Shown here: positions 55,252 to 64,000 of the stretch, in pieces
How positions within the stretch are numbered: the first letter of the stretch is position 1
Layout: each line of letters starts with the position of its first letter
Assembly: GCA_951406725.2 (NCBI GenBank)
Contig: OX597834.1
Coordinates: forward strand, 4,402,001 to 4,466,000
Direction: 5' to 3'
From: Octopus vulgaris
Taxonomy: Eukaryota
Length of the DNA stretch: 64,000 nucleotides
Position numbers and translations under genes: made by a program
Notes under the pieces: model-generated
Database searches by the model: none
What the model was told of the DNA's origin: nothing
Seen by the model: only the letters and a program-made list of their open reading frames with translations

Positions 55252-56470
55252 GATAAACGGTAAGATAACAAAAGAAAGAAAGAGACCTCAATATTATGTA
55301 AATAGAGGAAATTTATCTATACAATATGTTACATTACTTGGTAGTCAAGATAAAACTCTGAGTTTCAGATGCAGTGGAAATCCACAACACCATCTCTTCG
55401 GTTATCTGGCTATTTGAAAACGTTATGAAAAAATACCGTTAAAAATGAAGGGAAATTACTCTGTTATAACTATTATACATCGCTCGCATTTTCGTCATAT
55501 AAAATTATATAAAAATACATAAAAATATATAAAAATATATAAAAATATATAAAATCTTCTTGGGACATAACACAGAAAGCATGTTCTATCCGTTTTCTTT
55601 AGGGGACCAAAACGTAACAGAAATTTAGTCACATGTGGGCATGATCCGAAAAGTTCTGTCCTTGTATTTAGACATGTGGTAGGGTCTAAGCTGCTTTTCC
55701 AGATAAGCCATCTCTCCATGTCGCATAAACCGCACCTTCCGCTGCCGTTAGTATAGGGCTTACATCTGGCCAAAATCTTCCATTGTATGTTATAATCGAC
55801 ACCTTTATCTCTTAAAGACCAAATATGATTGGATAATTGTGTCGCTTTTCTTTTGTTCCAGTGCCTAAAGCTCAAAGTGTGGTTATTGAACCTGGCCTTG
55901 AAATTACCCTCTGTCAGGCCCACGTATTTCTTCGTCAAAACGGTGTCTTTAGTGGTTATAGAGTTTACGGTAGCTTCATATATGATGGTCTTGGACATGC
56001 AAGCTCCATTTAGCGGGCACAATTCTTTATTCCTGCATGAACAGCTGTTTATGCGACATGGAGAGATGGCTTATCTGGAAAAGCAGCTTAGACCCTACCA
56101 CATGTCTAAATACAAGGACAGAACTTTTCGGATCATGCCCACATGTGACTAAATTTCTGTTACGTTTTTGGTCCCCTAAAGAAAACGGATAGAACATGCT
56201 TTCTGTGTTATGTCCCAAGAAGATTTTATATATTTTTATATATTTTTATATATTTTTATGTATTTTTATATAATTTTTATGACGAAAAATGCGAGTGATG
56301 TATAAGTACGCAGGCAAAGCAGAGTTATAACAGAGTAATTTCCCTTCATTTTAACGGTATTTTTTCATAACGTTTTCAAATAGCCAGATAACCGAAGAGA
56401 TGGTGTTGTGGATTTCCACTTCGGCATCTGAAACTCAGAGTTTTATCTTGACTACCGAGTAATGTAACAT

Positions 56471-56478
<8 letters not shown>
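55251..56478 (-). mobile_element. 5'-truncated Penelope-like element (C-terminal GIY-YIG endonuclease) with an inverted 3' pseudo-LTR, inserted in (TA)n
   Basis: Minus ORF about 56046-55495: CSCRNKELCPLNGAC..IIYEA..KYVGLTE..FK.RF.NH..SF..T.LS.HIW.L..W..CGLC..E..LN.R.E..CPH. Arms 55318-55730 and 56047-56478 are reverse complements. TA runs on both sides. Confidence 0.88.
55348..55407 (-). ncRNA. Hammerhead motif with variant core CCGAAGA in the PLE 3' UTR (mirror copy 56386-56448 on +)
   Basis: agataa CCGAAGA gatg..catc t GAAA ctcagag TT ttatct; 6-bp stem I. Confidence 0.65.
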
Positions 56479-56509
<31 letters not shown>

Positions 56510-56517
<8 letters not shown>

Positions 56518-56873
56518 AGTGAATTGAAGAAATGGAGTTGAACGAAGATTGAACAGAAATCGTTTTATTTCATTCTACACGTGTTTCGAAAGGCACAATT
56601 TACCAAATTCCGATTGAATAATGAGACCATATTGTGTCTTTCTCTTCAGTTTGGCCATGGGCTCTTAGGAGCCTAGTTCGATTTGTTTTGCTCCGCCTCT
56701 GTTCTGTTTTTCCAACGGATTTCCTATTTCTTCCTGAAGAGAAAGACACAATATGGTCTCATTATTCAATCGGAATTTGGTAAATTGTGCCTTTCGAAAC
56801 ACGTGTAGAATGAAATAAAACGATTTCTGTTCAATCTTCGTTCAACTCCATTTCTTCAATTCACTAATAATAT
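56510..56873. mobile_element. Fold-back PLE-type insertion: 140-bp arms (56510-56649, 56734-56873), 84-bp spacer
   Basis: The arms appear to be exact reverse complements; starts at the (TA)n that follows the GIY-YIG element. Confidence 0.88.
56726..56816 (+). ncRNA. Type-I hammerhead ribozyme motif, intact core with long stem II
   Basis: ttc CTGAAGA gaaagacacaat..attgtgcctttc GAAA cacgtg TA gaa; 11 of 12 bp in stem II, palindromic ACACGTGT, GUA site. Confidence 0.8.
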
Positions 56874-57052
56874 TAAAATTCAATTATCCGCACCAACGCA
56901 CGGTTGCAACACCATATGGTTGTACCTCCAACCGTGCTGTCTTCTGCTGTGATTTTTGCTACCAAGGTATCGGTTAAACTTTTGATTAATCTGCAACAAG
57001 ATTATTCATCTTTCTATTTCACATATATATATATATATATATATATAAATAT

Positions 57053-57362
57053 GTGGAGGCGCAATGGCCCAGTGGTTAGGGCAGCGGACTTGCGGTTGTA
57101 GGATCGCGGTTTCGATTCCCAGACCGGGCATTGTGAGTGTCTATTGAGTGGAAACACCTAAAGCTCCACGAGGCTCTGGCAGGGGGTGGTGGCGATCCCT
57201 GCTGTACTCTTTCGCCACAACTTTCTCTCACTCATTCTTCTGTAGGCCTGCTCACTTAGCCAGCGGGGTGGTGTCATTTGAAAGCTACAACAATGCGAAG
57301 CGCATTGTGACCAGTGATGTGTAGCAACATCTGATAGCCTAGTCGGTCACGTGATCACGTGA
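57053..57362 (+). mobile_element. Family-4 tRNA-headed SINE with an alternative 3' tail
   Basis: Same head as 40078(-) but diverges after CTTTCTCTCACTC. Confidence 0.75.
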
Positions 57363-57549
57363 TATAAAAATATATCAGATATGTATTACATACATATATT
57401 AAACTAATACATCTGTTTGTTGTTTACACACCCGTCTTTGTCTTTATCTTGGCTATTGAATAATTGTCACATATTATTTTACAGATAAATTTCCTCTATT
57501 TACATAATATTGAGGTCTCTTTCTTTCTTTTGTTATCTTAACGTTTTTA

Positions 57550-57593
<44 letters not shown>

Positions 57594-57769
57594 AGAACAA
57601 AGTGTACATACGCTGCTATATATATATATAATAAAAAATACAAAATGGGACAAGAACGCAAAACATCCAAATAGACGATACAAAAAACACGGATGGGTCA
57701 TTCGAAGCCTTTAATCTTCAGTCAAGAACCGGATCATCGTCCGTTTTTCTGGGATCTTCTTCATAAGTG

Positions 57770-58140
57770 GGATCTTCATAATGTTATCGGGTGTTTTGTG
57801 CATAACGGTTGACAAAACCTCTTTGATAACCAGGCGAAGTAATTTAGTAATGTTTCTCCAATTGTGTGAGACTTCCTAGACTTAGCAATGAGTCATGCAA
57901 TGTTGTACAATGCAATCAACCTGTCATTCACCTGTTTGCTAGTTTCCTGGAGTGGGATGCTTGAGTTTGCTTTTTGAAAGAGGCGCTCAGTTGCAAAATG
58001 TAGGATAACAGCTTGTTTTTCTTGTCAGAATGCTTTGCATCAAAGTGATACTTCAAGAGTGAAGGCTTCATTGCTTCGTTGGTCAATGTTTGATGGCAAA
58101 AATAGCACATTCTGAGGAGAGGGAATAAATCCAAATGATA
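57770..58140 (-). mobile_element. hAT Buster/Charlie-type transposase N-terminal remnant (BED finger)
   Basis: CYFCHQTLTNEAMKPSLLKYHFDAKH..KNK.LSY. Confidence 0.7.
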
Positions 58141-59420
58141 AATAATCACTACTGTTATTGTCGACAAATTTTCTTGACTGGAGGCATGAGTAAAGGGAAA
58201 ATTTGGAAACAAATTTCTACAGACGGCGTCAGAAAGGCCGTATGGTGTTCCCAAAGAGAAGAAGTCGATAGAGCAGAGTCAGATGATACATCTGGAGCAA
58301 ATACAGATCCAGTTTGGCTGCCAGCATTTCAAAAATTAAAGTTTATTGAAAATTCTAAAATTTGGCACATTAATGTACCTTTCCAAGCTAGATTGCTGGA
58401 GTTATTCAGCTTTTACCATAAAAATGTTTTTAAAAAGTTTTAGAGGTTTAAAGTTTGATCATTTTCGTCAAGAAACAGGATTTCAAAGCTGTCATTTTGT
58501 GCATGACTGCACATTTTGTCAAGATCTTGAAAATAGCGTTTGTGTTTTGATATCAAACGATAGAATTATGAACGACTTATAATCCCTCATAACTTTTTTA
58601 TTTTTTGGAGTCCTCAGAAAAATTTTGCTAATTTGTATTCTATATGTGGGACTTCATACGATTATGCTCCCCACAAAAAATTGTGGTGGAGTGTGATTTA
58701 AAGCCTAGTCCTATTTGGCTGCTATTTTTAGCTCACATGTCAACCATCTCAATGACCTGCATGGCAAAAATATTCAATTGATAAACAAGCCTGCTTTTTC
58801 AATACAAAGGAATGTCTCATGCGAGTAGTCAAATCGATAAAAGTGCATCCTTATTCTAGGCCTGCATAGATATCAGTAATTGCAGACTTAATTTCTAAAA
58901 ATTCTTTGTCACCCACAAAATGTTCATATTGCCCACCAAAATCTCAAATCGCTCACCATTTTCCAGAAATTCGCCCATCGCCCACTTGTAAGTTGAAATT
59001 GCCCACTTTGGGAAGCTATGATCTAAGGAGGTAGTTGAACAAAGATTTACGCCACTGTCCAGAGTTCAAGGGCAAGTCTATCACCACATTGGTTCCCTGT
59101 TACCCACAAATGAACAACCACAGTTCTTCCGAATTTACTTTATGAGTGATGTAGGACAACAAACCTGAAAGAGGTGTCAAAACTTCAGATGATGGGTCAT
59201 GTTAGATGCAGTGCTGACTGCCACAAAGGAGAGTATAACCACTGAGAGCTTTATGGTGTGTTGATAAATCACATGCTCCCACCAATTTTCCATGACTGGT
59301 TGGGACCTGGAATATTCTAACCGGACGAATGACAAAGTTGCTTAGTTGAATTAGTTTTACAAATGTTTTGTGATCAATGCTGCACTTTCCTGCATCACCT
59401 GTTTCAACATAACTGTAATA

Positions 59421-59752
59421 TACGAGGCGTGAGGCTATGAACTCCTCCCCCATCCTCTCCTACTCTCCTGACCTTGCACCCTCTGATTTTCACCTCTTCC
59501 CAGCCATGAAGTTGTTTTTGAAAGGAAAGCGTTTCCCAGATGATGCAGCCTTGATTTCTGAAGTCACGTCGTGGTTGGAGGACCAAGCTGGGGTCTTCTA
59601 CAAAAACGGTCTCCAGAACTGCATCAAATGATGGGAAAAATGCATAACTCTGGATGGTTCCTATGTAGAAAAAGACTAATAACTGTGCCAAGTTTCGTTG
59701 CTCTACTGCTATGGGAAGTGGGTCAAGGGCATTACTTATTGAATGCCCCTCG
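59421..59752 (+). mobile_element. 3' fragment of a mariner element related to 50534-51796
   Basis: YSPDLAPSDFHLFPAMKLFLKGKRF...FY..G; right TIR ..TTATTGAATGCCCCTCG|TA. Confidence 0.85.
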
Positions 59753-60342
59753 TATGCATACAAACTATGCCATTTTAATCCTGAGCAACATCAGGTGTCT
59801 CTGCTAGTTTGTTATATTTTTTCTGTCGTAAAAGTCCCAATCCATGTGACAAAGGAGAAACGATAAAAAGTCCCAACAAAACTGTATCAAATAACAACTA
59901 TTTTAAAATTTGTTTTAAAGATTTAGTGTTTATGAGATGCATTGATTCCCCCAAAAGTATCAAAAATTATTTTTCATTTAAACTAAATTTTGACATTTTA
60001 ATCAAAATAAAATAATTATTTAATTTGACAAGATTTATTATCCAAAATTATGAATAATTAAAAAAAATGTTCAAAAAGATATGAAAATACTGTAAAATGT
60101 AATAATGGAGTTGAGTAGGGAAAATTTATCGTAGCCAAATTTAGGAAATGAAAAAAAAATTAAATGATTTTAAAAACAATTATTTGTATTTGAATTGAAA
60201 TGGAACAAAAAATTTTAAAGTATTTTAAAAAAATATCAAAAATTTAATAAAATTTGGTTTTGGTAATTTATTTAATTTTTCTTTTTACATAGCTGTTATT
60301 ATTTTGTTTGTTTTTCTCCCATATTCTTCCAATTCATCCATC

Positions 60343-60555
60343 ATGCCTGGGATGTGGCAAAGGCACCAAAGAACTAGGCAAGGAAGGTGATAAGTGTTAT
60401 CACCACAAGGTTTTCCATGACAACATCCAAGCTGGCAATTCTATGCTTTGTCTGTTATGGTGGCATCAAGCACATCTCAGGTCTGATCTGGGAAGAGACT
60501 CTTGCTTTTTACCTTTTATATTCCTTGAGCTTGTTTGAAATACAACCATTATATT
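60343..60555 (+). pseudogene. H4: Degenerate histone H4 pseudogene fragment
   Basis: Frameshifted translation MPG/CGKGTKELGKEGDKCYHHKVFHDNIQ..AI.C...YGGIKHISGLIWEET..IFLE aligns by eye to H4 [50 protein letters not shown]..VFLE. Confidence 0.8.
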
Positions 60556-61179
60556 GCCTGTAAAAAGCATTGTTTGTTAAAAGAGGGGACTCCAAGGAAA
60601 ATGAAGTTTCAGGGGCTATGATAATTAACTGAGCTGAGAAAAGTATAGGACAAAGAGGGTACTGTACTTTACCAAAAGAAGTGGAAGCAACTAAAGATGG
60701 AATTTAAATTTAAATGGTCGTGCTTCAGCATGGCCAGAGCCACATGAGTGAAATGAGTAAAAGAAAGTAAAAGAATAAAAAATACACCTTTGGGGGAGGA
60801 GTTGGCCATCTTTGGCAGAATGTTGGAAATGTTAAATTTTCAGGAGCATTTTCTTTACTTTACAGCAGCCCCTCATGCATATATCTAAGTGAGATCATAC
60901 TCAATGGCATATGCTGAGTCCAGGGATGATAAAATGAAATTTTGTGTGTTTTTAGCAAAAAGGTGGTTTGTTGGTCAAGCTTAATAGAAAACATGAGTGT
61001 CCGGAGAGCAAGAGTGTATGTACAAGCCAGGTATTGTCTAACAGTACCTGTCCAGCAGCTAAAGTATGCTGCTTAGCCAACAAATAATTAATATATGACA
61101 TTATTAGTGCTGTAAGTGTATTTGCTTATGCATGTATATATGTGCTGTGCTGTGCTGTGTGTGTGGATCTTGCAAAAAT

Positions 61180-61632
61180 GCTTCACTGAGCTCAGTTTGT
61201 CAAACTGTGGCAATATTACTTCCCTGGGCTTGGACACATTGAAACTCCGACGTCTGGCAGCTGACTTGGCAGACACCCATAAAATTATTAACCATCTTAC
61301 AAACAATAACTCTGAGCACCTTTTCAAACTCCATCCGTCTAACACCTGTGGACATGTTTACAAACTCAGAAAACAACACAGCTCCCATGACTTTTGGAAA
61401 CACACTAAGAGTTGCTGAAGCATGGAACAAACTGCCGGCATCAGTTGTTAGTTGTCAGAGCACTGCATCCTTCAAAACTTCCATGCTTCCTGAGATTCGC
61501 CAACACTACACCTGATTTCCTCCCCTCCATACACACACAAGCATGTATCTGACTCATACATTATTTGCTTTCCAGACATTTGTACATTACTGCATATATT
61601 TTATATGCACTGTCTGACAAGTTGTGGTGCAT
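61180..61632 (+). mobile_element. 3' end of a CR1-type LINE
   Basis: LDTLKLRRL.ADL....KI, GHVYKL, RV.EAWNKLP..VV....SFK; the same 3' tail occurs at about 9641-9690. Confidence 0.8.
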
Positions 61633-62489
61633 CTATAAAAAAAAAACACCATCCGAGCATTCCCGTTTGCCAGCCTCATCTGGCACCTGTGTCGGTGGCA
61701 CATAAAAAAACACCATCCGAGCGTGGCCGTTCGCTAGCCTCGTCTGGCACCTGTGTCGGTGGCACATAAAAAGCACCCACTACACTCACGGAGTGGTTGG
61801 CATTAGGAAGGGCCTCCAGCTGTAGAAACACTGCCAGATCTGACTGGGCCTGGTGCAGCCTCCTGACTTCCCAGACCCCAGTTGAACCGTCCAACCCATG
61901 CTAGCATGGAAAGCGGACGTTAAACGATGATGATGATGATTATTATTATTATAGACTTTAAAGTTTCTTTATGAATCCGGATGATGTGAAGGTGTGTGGT
62001 TTAGGGTTTAGAGTATTCAGCTCACAATTGTAAGATCATCAGTTTGATTCCCAGTGGTGTGTTGTATCCTTGAGCAAAACACTTTACTTCATGTTGCTCC
62101 AGTCAACTCTACTATCAAAAATGAGTTGTACTTCTAACTCCAAAGGGGCCAGCCTTTGTCACATTCTGTGTCATGCTGAATCTCCCTGAGAATCTACATT
62201 AAAGGTGGACGTGTGTGTCTATGAGTCGGCTGTTCCATTGATCGAACCAACTGGAACACCTGGTGTCATAGCTGACAGAGAGAGCCAGAAATAAGAGGAT
62301 ATAACAAATTAGTAACGTTTATAAAATCCAGGTAATTTCTATTGTGTAGGAAACATGAGTCCATGTTCATGATGTCATCAACAAACAAAGAAGCCTAATG
62401 AACAAATATGTTAATTGGCGTTAAGCAATTAAAACTGATCTTAACATTTCAAGATCATTTAATATCAACTGTTTTTGTTTTTCTGGCTT

Positions 62490-62985
62490 TTTCTCTCTCT
62501 CTCTCTTTCTTGTACTTCCTTTCTCTCTCTTCCTTGTACTTCCTTTCTCTCTCTCTCTTGTACTTCCTTTCTCTCTCCCTCTTTCTTGTACTTCCTTTCT
62601 CCCTCATCTTCTTGTACTTCCTTTTTCTCTGTCTCTCTCTTTCTTGTACTTCCTTTCTCTCTCTCTCCTTGTACTTCATTTCTCTCTCTCTTGTACTTCC
62701 TTTTTTTCCCTCTATATCTCTCTTGTACTTCCTTTCTCTCTCTCTTGTACTTCCTTTCTCTCTCTCCTTCTTGTACTTCCTTTTCTCTCTCTCTTTCTTG
62801 TACTTCCTTTCTCTCTCCCTCTTTCTTGTACTTCCTTTCTCCCTCACCTTCTTGTACTTCCTTTTTCTTTGTCTCTCTCTTTCTTGTACTTCATTTCTCT
62901 CTCTCCTTGTACTTCAATTCTCTCTCTCTCTTGTACTTCCTTTTTTTTTTCTCTCTCTCTCTTGTACTTCCTTTCTTTCTCTCTA
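62490..62985. repeat. Pyrimidine-rich minisatellite built on TTGTACTTCCTTTCTCTC with variable (TC)n
   Basis: About 18 TTGTACTTC cores separated by CT runs. Confidence 0.9.
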
Positions 62986-62988
62986 AAG

Positions 62989-63320
62989 CAGTGGTTCTCA
63001 ACAATTTTTTACCTATAGACCCCCTTTCATTCTGATTTCATTCTGGTCGACGCCACGGGGCCATTCGATGTTTAAAAACTAGTTTTATAGAAACTTCTTT
63101 GCTTTTCAAACATTCATTTCTGTAGGTTGAACTCTGTAAAATGTCGGAGAAAGAAACCTGTCTCTTCTAATAAATACATCTAAAGCAAAAGTTGTTCATA
63201 GACCCTTAATACACTACTGTGGATCCCCAACTTACTATTTTGCTTGTGTGTCTCCTTCCCCGCCGCCCAATCTTATATGGACCTGCAGAGGTCAAAGGGA
63301 CCCCTTGTTGAGAACTACTG
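62989..63320. mobile_element. hAT MITE
   Basis: CAGTGGTTCTCAAC ... GTTGAGAACTACTG; TSD CTCTAAAG/CTCTAAAT (7 of 8). Confidence 0.85.
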
Positions 63321-63705
63321 CTCTAAATAAAAGGTGTTACTATCTGTAGATAAAAAGATCAAAAATATACAAAATTAGACAAAGGGGAATAACTTAAATA
63401 AACCAATGGTATGTTTTATGTGCAAATTCTTTTCTTTTATTCTTTTACTTGTTTCAGTCATTTGATTGCGGCCATGCTGGAGCACCCCCTTTAAGGGTGT
63501 TTTAGTCAAAGAAATTGACCCCAGGACTTATTCTTTGTAAGTTTAGTACTTATTCTACTAGTCTCTTTTGACAAACTACTGAGTTATGGGATGTAAACAC
63601 ACCATATATACATACATCTATATATATATATATATATATACATATAAAACATAATACATACATGTAATATATATATATATGTATGTGTGTATGTATGTAT
63701 GTATG

Positions 63706-63736
<31 letters not shown>

Positions 63737-63742
63737 ACATAC

Positions 63743-63775
<33 letters not shown>

Positions 63776-64000
63776 CATGTGTATATGTGTGTACCTCCGC
63801 CATTTGATAACCAGTGTTGGTCTGTTTATGTTCCCTACTTGGTAAAAGAAACTGACCAGATCTGATGGCTTTTAAGGTCTGTATTGCGCCCCAAACGTTG
63901 GATTGGAAGTAGAAAAATTAAAACATTTGCATAGAATTACAAAGTTATTTCCCTTGAAAACGCTTTCTGTTGAATATATTATTTAATTAAAGATTATATA

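Noticed and set aside
57053-57130. Possible functional tRNA gene (also the heads at 11085, 29510 and 40078)
   Set aside because: A/B boxes are present, but acceptor stems are poor and each runs into a SINE body.

Overview
Eukaryotic, AT-rich, repeat-dense DNA. The SINE families, microsatellite load and gene structure point to an octopus-like cephalopod genome (inference). One host gene can be rebuilt by hand on the + strand. It is a 16-exon, 1722-nt CDS (573 aa; ATG 9532 to TAA 52434) encoding a NOX1/2/3-type NADPH oxidase (cytochrome b-245 heavy chain/gp91phox-like). All introns are GT-AG with consistent phases, the four heme histidines are present, and the FAD and NADPH motifs are intact. 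Most of the remainder is mobile or repetitive DNA: several tRNA-headed SINE families (including a 179-bp SINE-derived tandem array and head-less multimers), RTE, CR1 and R4/Dong-like LINE remnants, Penelope-like element (PLE) RT and GIY-YIG fragments, mariner, maT, hAT, piggyBac-type and Helitron DNA elements, and a decayed histone H4 copy. The most striking unannotated signal is a dense set of about a dozen minimal type-I hammerhead ribozyme motifs from at least seven unrelated sequence families. Most have palindromic stem III and sit in short, often fold-back insertions at (TA)n or (TAA)n microsatellites. One family joins a Pol III tRNA-like head to a hammerhead tail. No database searches or folding programs were run; all assignments come from reading the sequence.
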